Assembly (NCBI GenBank): GCA_965219455.1
Contig: OZ244744.1
Coordinates: 4,672,001-4,736,000 of the forward strand
From: Candidatus Latescibacterota bacterium
GTDB lineage: Bacteria > Latescibacterota > UBA2968 > GCA-2709665
Reading direction: 5' to 3'
DNA length: 64,000 nt
Positions within the stretch are counted from its first letter, which is position 1. Every line of letters begins with the position of its first letter. The position numbers and the translations under genes are program-made. The notes below the pieces were generated by a model. That model ran no database searches. It was not told the origin of the DNA and worked only from the letters and a program-made list of their open reading frames with translations. Of this stretch, positions 18,351 to 28,976 are shown piece after piece.

Positions 18351-19235
18351 GTGAGTCATTTCAGGATGATGACCATGGGCGAAGATCGTGAACATTTCAT
18401 AGAGCAAATAGAGGAGGAATTGGCTGAATATCCTGTTCCTCCTCCGCTCGACTTGCGAATATTGGAAAAACACTACCGGTCTGATGGCGATCATATTTAC
18501 GAAGAATGGAAGAAAGATTGCTGTGTTGAAACTGAAAAAACGATGCCTGAGTTGTCGGGAAGAAGAGTCCCGGCGTACCTTCTGATCCCCAAAGATGAGC
18601 TAATCTGTCCACCCTACCCGGCAATGGTTGCCTTTCATCAGTGCAACACCGACTGCATCATTGCAAAGGATGTCGTTGTAGGGAAGGCCGTCCAACGCCC
18701 CGATCAGGACTACGGCTATGAGCTTGTTATTCAAGGATTTGTTGTTCTCGCGCCCGATGCGGTAAATTGCGGCGAGCGTAGTATTCCTGCAATCAGACAT
18801 CCCTATGAGAACAAGCACTGCCATCAGATATTGAACGAACCATTGGGAAGGCCATTCTGGTTCAAACACGCGTATGATGGACTGCGTGCGGTCGATGTTC
18901 TATCAACCCTGGACTTCGTGGATTCGGAACGCATCGGCGTGATCGGTCACTCAATGGGTTCCGCGCAGGCTGCCAGTACGATGGCTCGGGATCCGCGCGT
19001 CAAAGTGGGGCTTGTAACCGGGCGTGTGACAAAGAAGAACCTTCTTCCAATCGCACCGCGCTATCTGATGACGGTGTTGCAATCTCTTGAGAAGACCCCC
19101 GAGACGATCGAGCAGATTCGTGGATATTTCGATGAGACCAGGAGCGAGTTCTACGTACCGGAAGGGTTGTCCGATCATCTGCTGCTTACCGTGCATGAGT
19201 GCGGGCACAGTTTCCCCGACGAATACAACGGATAG
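18351..19235 (+). CDS. Alpha/beta hydrolase (dienelactone hydrolase-like)
   Basis: PAYLLIP, GFVVLAPD, RAVDVL...VDSERIGVIGHSMG, GHSF; C-terminus possibly frameshifted. Confidence 0.8.
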   Translation: MSHFRMMTMGEDREHFIEQIEEELAEYPVPPPLDLRILEKHYRSDGDHIYEEWKKDCCVETEKTMPELSGRRVPAYLLIPKDELICPPYPAMVAFHQCNTDCIIAKDVVVGKAVQRPDQDYGYELVIQGFVVLAPDAVNCGERSIPAIRHPYENKHCHQILNEPLGRPFWFKHAYDGLRAVDVLSTLDFVDSERIGVIGHSMGSAQAASTMARDPRVKVGLVTGRVTKKNLLPIAPRYLMTVLQSLEKTPETIEQIRGYFDETRSEFYVPEGLSDHLLLTVHECGHSFPDEYNG

Positions 19236-19310
19236 CATATTCCCGTTTAAGGAGCTACTTCAGTTCGAATCCCGGCCGGTGCCACAAATAACGAAGCAGA
19301 TGGAGAAACG

Positions 19311-19787
19311 GTGAATAGAAACTGCAGGTTTTCCGGCGGATGTAATTGCGGAGAGGTCGGATACGTGCTTCGGAACTCGCCTCTGTTTGTTCATGCGTGT
19401 CACTGCTGCGACTGCCAAAAGGCTTCCGGTTCCGCCTTCCGGATTACGACTATCGTACTGGAAAACGATATCACGTTCGTTCAGGGAAATGTTGCCTCCA
19501 GGAAGAAATCCGAGCAACGAACGGAATTCGTCTGCAAGTCATGCGAGGGTCTCATTTACCTGACGGCCACAAATCACCCGGCAACGGCGCTCCTGAACTC
19601 GAAAACGCTGAATGAACTCAGGGTGCTCGAGATTGGCGCGCACATCTGGACGTTGGACAAGCACGCCTGGCTCGAGTTGCCTGCTGATGTTCCGCAGTTT
19701 GAAAAGGGATACGACAGGAACGAAGTGTGGCCTCAGGAAAGCCTTGAGCGCCTGCACCGCGCGGTCAGTGACGCCGGCTCGATCTGA
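19311..19787 (+). CDS. GFA/CENP-V family protein
   Basis: GGCNCGEV, CHCCDCQKASGSAF, CKSC, HIWT..KHAW. Confidence 0.9.
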   Translation: MNRNCRFSGGCNCGEVGYVLRNSPLFVHACHCCDCQKASGSAFRITTIVLENDITFVQGNVASRKKSEQRTEFVCKSCEGLIYLTATNHPATALLNSKTLNELRVLEIGAHIWTLDKHAWLELPADVPQFEKGYDRNEVWPQESLERLHRAVSDAGSI

Positions 19788-19846
19788 CTGACGCATACGA
19801 TCCACGAGAGCCAGTTCTTCATCCGCAAAGGAGGAGAAAGACAGGC

Positions 19847-20254
19847 ATGGAACGCGCGTACCCCATCCTCCGGATTGACGATTACGAAGTTGCAAAGACC
19901 TACTATGTCGAGTTCCTGGGGTTCGAAATCGAATTTGAGTGGCGTCACGCCGCGAATCTCCCCGTCTATATGGGCGTTACGCGAGGCGGCCTGGCACTTC
20001 ACCTTTCGGAGCATCTCGGCGAACCGGCAGGCCGGCCCGGCGCAGCCCTGCTTCAAGTCGATAATGTCCTGGATATCTACGAAGAGCTTAAGGGCAAGAA
20101 GTGCGACATGACGGAAGCGCCCGTCGAACAGGCATGGGGCTTTACGGAGCTAAGACTGATGGATCCATTTGAGAATAAGCTGACGTTCACGAGCCCTACT
20201 ACCCAAAAGGCTAGACAATTGTCAGGCGCTACCAAATTGGTATTGCAATCTTAA
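19847..20254 (+). CDS. Glyoxalase/bleomycin resistance family protein
   Basis: PILRI..YEVAKTYYVEFLGF, LHLSEH, WGFTELRLMDPFENKLTF. Confidence 0.9.
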   Translation: MERAYPILRIDDYEVAKTYYVEFLGFEIEFEWRHAANLPVYMGVTRGGLALHLSEHLGEPAGRPGAALLQVDNVLDIYEELKGKKCDMTEAPVEQAWGFTELRLMDPFENKLTFTSPTTQKARQLSGATKLVLQS

Positions 20255-20759
20255 CACGGTTGTCATTGATCGCCATTAATAGTTCATCTGCAAGAGGTGA
20301 TAATGTGTTTCGTACTGGGTGTGCAAATGGTATTCTTACGTCTCCTTTCCTAGTGAATTTCAGGTTGGTTTTGACAACGACTATGGAGCGAGATAGCTTT
20401 CGCCAGCCACATTGACGCGATATGGGCCGTGTCTGAGGCGGTCGAGGGTTCCTGCGCCGCAACGAGTTGGCGTTTGGGTGGCAAACTAACTAACTGGCAG
20501 CGTGGCTTGCGATGTAGAAGGGGTATTCAGCTGTGCCCAGACACGTCCAGGATCGGTAATTGGAGTTGAATTTGAGGGAGGTGGTCGAAAGTTGTCTTGT
20601 TGCTTGTGCATTTGGCAATGGCCACCCTCTTACGGCTCCAACAACAATTAACCGAGCAAGTTCTCTGATACAAATAGGGAGGTGTAACGGGAGAAAATGG
20701 GTAGCATTTCATTCGCCTTTCTCAATTATCCCCATCTCACCCTGAAAAGGAGGTAATAA

Positions 20760-22124
20760 ATGATGCATCGCTCCATAGCCAGAATAAGTGCTAGGCAGCT
20801 CTTCGGGGCATATGACTACGAACTTCATCCGTCGAAAGATGCAGATGAATCGAACAGGCTACTAATCCTCTACGGCGACAATGGGACCGGGAAGACGACG
20901 GTCCTAAAAGTGCTCTTTTACCTTATCTCATCGGAAAGCGGTCAGGGACATAAAACAACCTTGGTTGGTATTCCACTCTCCGAATTCAAGGTCCAATTTG
21001 ACAATGGAGACAGAGTCTGGATGCAACGTTCCGATGGGAAACTTACAGGAAGCTTCACGATGGGGATGAAGGTTCGGGGACATAAAGAACAGACGGCGGA
21101 TTTCAAGGTAGACGAGGACGGACACATCAAGGCAAACACTAAGACAAGCAGATTTCTGAACAAGCTGAGATCTCTTGAGTTGGCTACATACTTCCTGTCA
21201 GATAACCGGAATATGTGGTTTGCGGGTGTCAGAGACCTTGATTCTGATTACAATTTCAATGATTATACCGATGAGGAAAGATACTTGACAGCTGACCCTG
21301 CGACCCGTCGACGCTATAGGAGGCTAACAAGAGTCAGAGAAGAAGAGAGAACCTATCTGCTTTTGCAGGAATCCATTCGCCGATCGGAACAATGGCTGCA
21401 GTCTCAGGCAGTCAGAGGTGCATCAAAGGGCGAGTCGAGCGTAAACGTCTTGTATGGTGAAATTCTGAAACGGATCTCAAAATTCCCGATTACCTCAGAA
21501 GATACCGATGCGTCAAAGGTCGAAGCCATATATGAAAGAATCACAGAGCTAGAGACACGATCAGGAAATTTCGCCAAATACGGGCTCACCCCAGGCTTTC
21601 AGGGAAAGGAGATAGCCGAGATAATCAGGAATACACCGAAGAGCCATGTCGGTATTGTGACGACTGTCATTGAACCTTACATCGATAGCGTTGAGCGCAA
21701 GTTAGAAGCAATACAGGATCTTCAGAAGCGAATAGACACCCTTGTGGATCTCCTGAATTCGTTCTTTCGAGATAAGGAGATCAGCTATGACATCCACAGT
21801 GGTTTTGCCATTACGACTTCGGGTGGTGACCTGCTGAAGCCTCAGATGCTGTCCTCTGGCGAACGTCATCTAATGCTTCTGTTTTGCAACACTGTTCAGG
21901 CGTTGAACAAACCCAGCATATTTATTATCGACGAGCCAGAGATTTCGTTGAATGTAAAATGGCAGAGACGTCTTCTGTCGGCATTGCTCAAATGTGCCGA
22001 GGGTCAGCCAGTTCAGTATATTTTGGCGACTCACAGCCTCGAACTCCTTGCTCGGTACAGCAACAATACGGTGAAGCTCGACTCTAGTAACGGGGGACCT
22101 AGTGGAACAGAAAAGGACACTTAA
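20760..22124 (+). CDS. ABC-type ATPase (AAA_15/AAA_21), AriA-like
   Basis: Walker A GDNGTGKTT, signature LSSGE, Walker B IIDEPEISL, H-loop ATHS; overlaps the downstream DUF4435 gene. Confidence 0.85.
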   Translation: MMHRSIARISARQLFGAYDYELHPSKDADESNRLLILYGDNGTGKTTVLKVLFYLISSESGQGHKTTLVGIPLSEFKVQFDNGDRVWMQRSDGKLTGSFTMGMKVRGHKEQTADFKVDEDGHIKANTKTSRFLNKLRSLELATYFLSDNRNMWFAGVRDLDSDYNFNDYTDEERYLTADPATRRRYRRLTRVREEERTYLLLQESIRRSEQWLQSQAVRGASKGESSVNVLYGEILKRISKFPITSEDTDASKVEAIYERITELETRSGNFAKYGLTPGFQGKEIAEIIRNTPKSHVGIVTTVIEPYIDSVERKLEAIQDLQKRIDTLVDLLNSFFRDKEISYDIHSGFAITTSGGDLLKPQMLSSGERHLMLLFCNTVQALNKPSIFIIDEPEISLNVKWQRRLLSALLKCAEGQPVQYILATHSLELLARYSNNTVKLDSSNGGPSGTEKDT

Positions 22125-22691
22125 GGAGCTGCAAGTTCTCTACGAATTCGAACCGGAGCTTCGGGATCTTTATGTTGAGGGCCCGACGGATGCGAATTTT
22201 TTTCGCTGGTTTCTTGAAACCTGTGGTGTATACGAAGTTACCGTGTACTCGATAGATGTCCTTGATGTCCCAGAGGATATCGTACGAAAACACTCACTAA
22301 GTCCAGGTTCAGCCAAGGGGCGCCTCATAGCATTGTCCTGTGAACTAGCGAGCACTGCCGCTTCCGATTGCGTCTTGTGCATTGCTGATCGAGACTTTGA
22401 CTTAAATGGTTCCATTCGAACGAACGTGTGTCTGCGATGGACAGATGGCAACACTCTCGAGTTATATGCACTGCGTCCAACTGTATTCCGGAAGTTTCTG
22501 CTTGTAGCGCTCGGTGGTATCACGTTATCACCAGAGGATCTATTTAATCAATGTATTACTGTCTTAGAGCGAGTCTACTCAATGCGTATTGCCAATGAAG
22601 TCTTGGGGTGGAAGATGTCATGGGTACCATTCAAGCGATACGTGAAGGTTAGCGGAGCTTCAATTGAGTATCGAGAAAGTAACTTCATTAG

Positions 22692-24372
22692 CCCGATTAA
22701 TTCATGAAAATGAATAGAGCAGTGTCTGTGGAAGCAGAAAGTGTTCTGGAGGAGGGGAAATATTCGAATGACGTGTTGGTGACGCGATGATGAGTAATAT
22801 TGGATGTGCCGTCAGCATTGAGGGGTGTCGAGTTCTTTATTTAGGGTGTGGAAAGGACAGACGGATGCCTTGGTCTTACTTTGTGGCGATGAGAAAGGGA
22901 TGGATCGGCCGGCGCGAAACGGCGTTATGGATATGCCTTTGCCAAATTACAGAGGATGGTGTCATAAAGGTGTTTCAAGGGAAATGATGTTGGCAAATGG
23001 AGTTTGATTTTGGTCTTGAGTTCGGACACTCGCCCGGCGACTTTGAGAATGCGATTCTGAATGGTATTAAACTGGGCGTGCGTCCATTGGGTAGCCCGGA
23101 GTCCTTTTTCGGTAAGGGTATGCATCAAGACATAAGCGGCACTATGCAGGAAGAGACGGAAGTGATTGGCTTCGAAGGTGTGGCAGGAGGTACGATCGGA
23201 ATGGAGGAAGGTTTTGTGATTCTTGATGAAGTTTTCCATCCTGCCGCGCGCGCAATAGACGGTTTTGTAGATGAATGAGGGCTGGCTACTTTTCAGGTTG
23301 GTCACGACAAAGCGTGTATTGGCTTGTCCGGAAGCGGTGATTTCAGCTTTGTAGATGATGCGCCTTGGCACGGCCCAAGTATCTGCCTGGTAAGCGAAAC
23401 AGGTAAATAACTGCAAGGGCTGTCCGGTTTCCCGATACTGGGCCTTTGCCTGCTCGATCAACGCGTGTCCCCGTTGTGCAAGCCTGGCATTGCCCGTCTG
23501 TCCCAGCACAAAATACACGTCTTGCTCGTCGCAAAAGTCGTGGACCTCAGGACAGGAAAAATGGCCATCGCCACGCAAAAAGATACGCACGTCCGGCCAC
23601 GCCTTACGAAGGATTTTCACCAGTCGCTTAAGAATGCTGACAATCTGTTTGCCGGTAGGACGGGCGCCCGGACGCAGCAGCGTCGTGATCAGTCTTCCTG
23701 TCCGGCCTTCATAAATGTGCAAGGGACAGTAACAGCGTTCATCGTAATAGCCATTGAACAACGACAACTGTTGCTTGCCGTGAACCTCGTCATCGGTGTC
23801 ATCGATATCCAGAACGACCGCGTCGGGAGGCCTATCGTAGGACGCGATAAATCCGTCCACAAGGGCCTCGGCAATACGATATAAGTCCCTGCGACGAATC
23901 CCGTTTTCCAATCGACTCATCGTGGGTTGGCTGGCCAACGGCGCCCCTGATATCGGCAACCGATCACAGGCCGCCTTGAACGCAGGGTCCTCGCGCAACG
24001 CATTGCAATCGTTCGCATCTTCATACGCGCACGCGATCTGAAAGACACGCTGGCTGATCAGGTCCATCATCGTGTGATCCACATAACTTGGATGCCGACG
24101 GTCCGTTAACGCCTCGACGATCCGAGACAGGATGCCGATTTTGGACGCCACCTCTCGCAGCAGCATCAACCCCATATCGCTGGTGAGCACACCGCCATCG
24201 AAGACGGCTTCCACCGGCTTGCCCGAAACACTTGCGAAAGGAAGTGCGAGTTGATTATCTTGAACTTTCACGGTAGTTTCCTCCCAGTTCATTGTTGTAT
24301 GGTTATTCACCTAACCATAATATAATACAATGACTTGGGTAAGGAAACTACCTTTTTTGTGAATAATTGGGG
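22692..24372 (-). mobile_element. IS1380-family insertion sequence (1681 bp)
   Basis: TIRs CCCGATTAATTCATGAAAA / CCCCAATTATTCACAAAAA; TSD TTAG (22688-22691, 24373-24376). Confidence 0.93.
22925..24310 (-). CDS. IS1380-family DDE transposase
   Basis: FDGGVLTSDMG, LASQPTMSRLEN, LDIDDTDD, RGDGHF, YCARGRMENFIK. Confidence 0.95.
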   Translation of the reverse strand: MNNHTTMNWEETTVKVQDNQLALPFASVSGKPVEAVFDGGVLTSDMGLMLLREVASKIGILSRIVEALTDRRHPSYVDHTMMDLISQRVFQIACAYEDANDCNALREDPAFKAACDRLPISGAPLASQPTMSRLENGIRRRDLYRIAEALVDGFIASYDRPPDAVVLDIDDTDDEVHGKQQLSLFNGYYDERCYCPLHIYEGRTGRLITTLLRPGARPTGKQIVSILKRLVKILRKAWPDVRIFLRGDGHFSCPEVHDFCDEQDVYFVLGQTGNARLAQRGHALIEQAKAQYRETGQPLQLFTCFAYQADTWAVPRRIIYKAEITASGQANTRFVVTNLKSSQPSFIYKTVYCARGRMENFIKNHKTFLHSDRTSCHTFEANHFRLFLHSAAYVLMHTLTEKGLRATQWTHAQFNTIQNRILKVAGRVSELKTKIKLHLPTSFPLKHLYDTILCNLAKAYP

Positions 24373-25115
24373 TTAGGGCTTATCTTCAAAAAAATGTCCG
24401 ATGGGGTGATCGGGAATGTTTTATTGCAAAGGTAGATGAGATAGTTGCTTCACTAGACCGTGATCCAATGCGACGGATCAGAGGGCATGATCTCTCAGAG
24501 CTCCTCTATATTGTCGTAAACAGTTTGCGACGAGAAAAAAAATTCGGTAACGCCGCAACACTCGAGAGTTGCTTACTGGCGGTAGTTGAATCAGACGAAC
24601 TTAGGACATTTAGTCTATTCAAGGAAATTGAGGCATTTTGTTGTGGGCAAAATAGCCACGAAATGCGTGAATAGTGTGTAAACACGTTTCGCGTTTAACG
24701 ACCTCCTCTACACTGCCGATTGTGGATTTGTTAATGAGAGGATTTATTTAGGGATTAGAGCGCAATATACGACGAAAAACGCCGAATGAGGTTTGATGCG
24801 TCCATAGTCGTGCCTAGATTTACGGAGCAAAGACACACCTCGTACTACCAGGAACGCGGATCGAGTTCTAGGGTATACGTATCTCAAACCACTTGACACA
24901 TTTCGTGCCGTCGAGTCCATTCAGTGAAACTTCGCCTCGAAGGCAATGGGGGCAAATCGAACGGTATTCGCCCGAGAGTTCTGTGACGAGGTCATCCGCG
25001 GAACAGCCAACCATCTGAATGCCCAGTTGGATTATTTAGCAGGTCCACAGGTCGACTTCGTTTCGCCGTATAAAAACCGGCGATTTTTTAATCCAAAGGA
25101 TGGGATGTATTGCCG

Positions 25116-25595
25116 ATGCGCATTGATATCGAACCTTTGACTCTCTCAGACGCCGAGGCGATCGCGACATGGCATTACGAGGGCGAATTTGCCTTTTACG
25201 ATTCCGAAGCGGATGCCGAAGATCTGGCGGAGCTTCTCGATCCCGCGCTTCGGGGCGACTCTATGTTCGCTGTTCGAGATGGCGCAGGCGAGTTAGTCGG
25301 CTTCTTCGCGTTCCAGATCACGGACGGCGTGGTGGATTTGGGTCTGGGACTTCGTCCGGATCTGACGGGGAAGGGTCTAGGGGCGGCGTTCGTTCGCGCA
25401 GGCCTGGATTTCGCGCAATCACAATTCTCACCCAAAGCCATCCAGCTTCGGGTTGCGGCTTTCAACAAACGGGCAATCAAGGTATATCAACGAGTTGGTT
25501 TCAAAGAAGTCGAACACTACATGAATCGGACAAACGGGGGCGAGTTCGACTTCATCCGCATGGAGTTGATGGGTACAACAGAACAGGCGGGATGA
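25116..25595 (+). CDS. GNAT acetyltransferase
   Basis: GLGLRPDLTGKGLG, VAAFNKRAIKVYQRVGF. Confidence 0.9.
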   Translation: MRIDIEPLTLSDAEAIATWHYEGEFAFYDSEADAEDLAELLDPALRGDSMFAVRDGAGELVGFFAFQITDGVVDLGLGLRPDLTGKGLGAAFVRAGLDFAQSQFSPKAIQLRVAAFNKRAIKVYQRVGFKEVEHYMNRTNGGEFDFIRMELMGTTEQAG

Positions 25596-25666
25596 GCATG
25601 CGGCTGTGCATATCCGCGCCTGAACGCCCGGCCCCGCTCCCATCCTTATTCGATGGGATCACGTAC

Positions 25667-26338
25667 ATGAAACTGGTCACACTTGACAAAATGCCCGAGA
25701 TGTCGGGCGCTTTGAAAGAACTCAATGACGCGACATGGCCCGAGTTTCTACTACACGCGGATATTAGGAGCTGGTCTTCGATTTATACGGAGTATCATGG
25801 CTTTCAGATCCTCGTCCTCGAACACGATGCTCTGTTGGCCGCAGGGTTGACCGTGCCGTTTGAATGGTCGCCGGGCGATCTCTTGCCTTCGACGATTGAC
25901 GAGGTCGTCTATCCGTCCCGGTGGCCTCTAAAGAACGCGGGTGTACTCTGTGCTCTCGGCGTTCTCGTGCGGCCGATGTATCGTCGCAAGGGACTGAGCC
26001 GAAAGATCCTGCGCGAAATGCTAAGCCTGTCGGAGACAAATGGAATGCACGGCGTCCTGGCGCCTGTGAGGCCGAATCGGAAGCACGAGTTCCCGAAAGA
26101 GTCAATAGAAACGTACGCCGAACGTCGGGACGCGAAGGGTCGTCTGCTGGATCCGTGGCTGCGTGTCCACGAAGAATTGGGCGGCGAAAGGCTTGGCTTC
26201 GCGCATGCATCGGTTACGGTGACCGGATCGATCGATGAATGGGAAAACTATACGGGAATGGGATTCCAGGCGTCGGGATGTTTTAGCATTCCGGAGGGAC
26301 TGGCGCCGGTCACGTTCTCCACACGACACATTCCGTAG
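25667..26338 (+). CDS. GNAT-fold protein, C-terminus apparently truncated
   Basis: VRPMYRRKGLS, APVRPNRK, DPWLRVH..LGG, IDEWENYTG. Confidence 0.7.
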   Translation: MKLVTLDKMPEMSGALKELNDATWPEFLLHADIRSWSSIYTEYHGFQILVLEHDALLAAGLTVPFEWSPGDLLPSTIDEVVYPSRWPLKNAGVLCALGVLVRPMYRRKGLSRKILREMLSLSETNGMHGVLAPVRPNRKHEFPKESIETYAERRDAKGRLLDPWLRVHEELGGERLGFAHASVTVTGSIDEWENYTGMGFQASGCFSIPEGLAPVTFSTRHIP

Positions 26339-26501
26339 GCGCCCCGGAGCGCGTCCGCTAAATGATCGATCGATTCAGGATTCTTCTGACACGGGCGGTT
26401 TATATTCCTGATTGGAATAGATTATAGAGCTGTTTTTTCGTAGACCGATGCTGAGACTGCCGGCATTGAACTCCGGAAGACGATTAACGCAAGGTTCCAA
26501 A

Positions 26502-26772
26502 GGCTCTGAACGCCTGTCTCGCCTGCTGAACTACAAATTATACTCATTACCAGGAGTACACGCTGAGATCCGGGGTCGCCAGATATATGAAAAAATGGAA
26601 TATATCAGCGTGTTTCTGCTGGCCGAACAAGCTCGTCTGAAGCTTGATTCTGCTGCAAGGCAGGTGTCGACACAATGCGCTTATTCGAAGTAACTGCTCC
26701 GCGCAAGAGCAGGGTGTTCAATCCAACGAAATTCTATCGCACTCAGGATTTTCGCAGCAGCAGTTCAAGGCC
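26502..26772. mobile_element. 271-bp MITE-like element, copy 1
   Basis: Ends GGCTCTGAAC / GTTCAAGGCC (8/10 inverted), flanked by CAAA on both sides; near-identical copy at 28706. Confidence 0.75.
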
Positions 26773-26910
26773 CAAACGATTTGCCAAATCTCTTAAAAAC
26801 AGGTATATTTTTCGCTTGACAAAGCTAACTCACTGCCCTATCCATCTAGACGGATAAGTTGGGTGGGAGAGTAAGTTTTTGGAACTTAGGATGAATAATG
26901 TGAGTTATTA

Positions 26911-27288
26911 GTGAGTATGTGTCAGTGGAATTTTTATGAAATTGAGGCTTATAGAAAGAGGCGTAGACATTTCGATAAAAAGCATCAATTTGTTTTAGTT
27001 GCCCTTTTTCATAATTTGGCCGAAGTTCAGAGTATCTTTGAATTTGGCGATAACCCAAGAAACATAGTTAAGCATCCAAAAGTAAGAAATGAAAGACACG
27101 GTCTTTACGCAGTAGATCAACGAGGTGCAACGACAAAGATTCGAGAAGCACGGTTATACTTTTACCCAGACTTTGAAAATCAACGTGTCTATCTCATCTA
27201 CATTGGTTTTAAAAGTGAACAACAAAAAGACTTACGTCGATGTCATGAAATTGTTAAATGCATTAAAAAGGAGGCACTGAATGGCTAA
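26911..27288 (+). CDS. RelE/HigB-like putative toxin
   Basis: About 120 aa, basic; GLYAVD..ARLYFY..VYLIYIGFKSEQQKDL; overlaps the downstream HTH gene; low GC. Confidence 0.55.
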   Translation: MSMCQWNFYEIEAYRKRRRHFDKKHQFVLVALFHNLAEVQSIFEFGDNPRNIVKHPKVRNERHGLYAVDQRGATTKIREARLYFYPDFENQRVYLIYIGFKSEQQKDLRRCHEIVKCIKKEALNG

Positions 27289-27925
27289 TGGCTATCGAAA
27301 TGTATTAGAATTGGCCAGGGCCACTATTTCTGACAAGTTTGCTCGAAAACTTCACACTTACGCAAGAAGACGTTCTCTGTCCAGTTCGTTGTGTGTGTTT
27401 CGTTGTTCTAAGGGCTTGACGCAAAAACAACTGGCAAAAAATATGGGTATCACTGAGGCCCGAGTTGCCCGTTGCGAAGATGGTACGGACAGTGGTGTAA
27501 CTATTTCTTACCTTAACAGGTATGCCAACGCATTTGACATGAAAGTCACTATTCTGCTTGATTCAAAGGAGATAAGTGAAGAACAAACCGTGGCTGTTCA
27601 CGCTATTAAGCAGCATGTTTTTCAAATTCATCATCAGCTTAGTAAATTGACAAATTTGGCAGAAGATGATGGAGTTATTCAAAAAGGCGTGGACAATTTT
27701 CATCAGGAGTACTTGTATGATATCTTGAGACTATTCATAGGCAATTATCATAAACTTCAGGGTCAAGAAATAGAGAATGACGAATTGGCAAAATTGACAG
27801 AAAGTATCCACGAAACAATCATGGAAACAATGGAATTAAATGATTCAGAAACTCCGCAAGAACTTGAACAGCCATCACCAGTTTTGCTTACAGCTAAACG
27901 CCCACAACTTGCCGTGTCAGGCTAG
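27281..27925 (+). CDS. XRE-family HTH protein (putative antitoxin) with a C-terminal extension
   Basis: RCSKGLTQKQLAKNMGITEARVARCEDG..TISYLNRYANAF. Confidence 0.8.
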   Translation: MANGYRNVLELARATISDKFARKLHTYARRRSLSSSLCVFRCSKGLTQKQLAKNMGITEARVARCEDGTDSGVTISYLNRYANAFDMKVTILLDSKEISEEQTVAVHAIKQHVFQIHHQLSKLTNLAEDDGVIQKGVDNFHQEYLYDILRLFIGNYHKLQGQEIENDELAKLTESIHETIMETMELNDSETPQELEQPSPVLLTAKRPQLAVSG

Positions 27926-28060
27926 ATCATCCTTCCTATTTTCTGTGTTGCCCGGAATACCTTTTCAAGTGTTCCGGGTATTTTTGCAGTTGGAACTTCA
28001 CGCACCTCGTAAAGGTGAATATTCGAAGAGAAGTAAATTTGTTCAATGCGTTGAATGGCG

Positions 28061-28225
28061 ACTGTTCTGTCCCGGAAATAGGTTGCCTGAATTAGGCCGA
28101 CGAGTCGCACGTCTCGCAAAGCGTCTGAGCGCAGGCGACCTGCGTAAGGTCTGCGAGCGAAGGCAACGCAGCGAGACGGGATGAATCGGCGGGAGAATGG
28201 TGAGATATTTCTGGGACAGGACACT
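28061..28225. mobile_element. IS630-like MITE (165 bp), copy 1
   Basis: TIR ACTGTTCTGTCCCGGAAATA / TATTTCTGGGACAGGACACT (17/20); homologous copies at 38961 and 43427. Confidence 0.75.
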
Positions 28226-28273
28226 TCGGACCGATAGAGATTATCGCTCCGCCTGAATTATAGGAGATCGGCC

Positions 28274-28459
28274 ATGGGGGAAGTGACACCTTCAGAGAAG
28301 GAGAAGATTTGGGAGGAAGTTCAGAAGGAATTTCCAAATGATGAAATGATGCAAGAGATACATTTTATTCGCCAGGTGCACTACCTGCAGACGAAAGAGA
28401 TGTCCCTGGACGAGCGCCTTGGTTTTTATGGTGGTGCACGCCCGAAGACATTGGTGTAG
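28274..28459 (+). CDS. Small hypothetical protein (61 aa)
   Basis: AGGAG RBS; EVQKEFPNDEMMQEIHFIR. Confidence 0.55.
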   Translation: MGEVTPSEKEKIWEEVQKEFPNDEMMQEIHFIRQVHYLQTKEMSLDERLGFYGGARPKTLV

Positions 28460-28608
28460 CGAATTGCAAGACAAGGCGATGGCGTGACCTTGATAACAGC
28501 CCTCTACCGCCTGGAGCGAAGGGGGCTGTCGGCGTATTACAGACGAAACACTACACGATCACGCTATATCAACGGTCGAAATGCGACCTGCGATTGAGGA
28601 GTGTATCA

Positions 28609-28704
28609 ATGCCAACCGATCCCGGAAAGTGCGAAGGGAGTTGTCTCTGCGGTCAGATCAAAATCCAGGTGGTTGGGCCACCTGTTAAAGCGGGATATTG
28701 CCAC
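28609..28704 (+). pseudogene. 5' fragment of a GFA-family gene cut by the MITE
   Basis: GAGGAG RBS then MPTDPGKCEGSCLCGQIKIQVVGPPVKAGYCH, ending at the MITE boundary. Confidence 0.75.
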
Positions 28705-28705
28705 A

Positions 28706-28976
28706 GGCTCTGAACACCTGTCTCGCCTGCTGAACTACAAATTATACTCATTACCAGGAGTACACGCTGAGATCCGGGGTCGCCAGATATATGAAAAAAT
28801 GGAATATATCAGGGTGTTTCTGCTGGCCGAACAAGCTCGTCTGAAGCTTGATTCTGCTGCAAGGCAGGTGTCGACACAATGCTCCTATACAAAGTGACTG
28901 CTCCCCGGAAGATAAAGGTGTTCAATCCAACGAAATTCTATCGCACTCAGGATTTTTGGAGCAGCAGTCCAAGGCC
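28706..28976. mobile_element. 271-bp MITE-like element, copy 2 (direct orientation to copy 1)
   Basis: Same length as and nearly identical to 26502-26772; flanks CACA / CAAA. Confidence 0.75.

Larger units (their letters stand above)
22102..24674 (+). pseudogene. DUF4435/TOPRIM-like protein (AriB-like) interrupted by IS1380
   Basis: LYVEGPTD, IADRDFD, LELY before the IS and RGHDL after it; removing the IS plus one TTAG restores a 295-aa frame (..SNFIRAYLQKN..). Confidence 0.85.

Noticed and set aside
25169-25666. Long N-terminal extension of the 389-aa ORF
   Set aside because: Out-of-frame overlap with the GNAT at 25116-25595; Arg/Ser-rich and not protein-like
26448-28897. Duplicated ORFs containing RLLNYKLYSLPGVHAEIRG
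   Set aside because: They are translations of the 271-bp MITE; there is no evidence that they are genes
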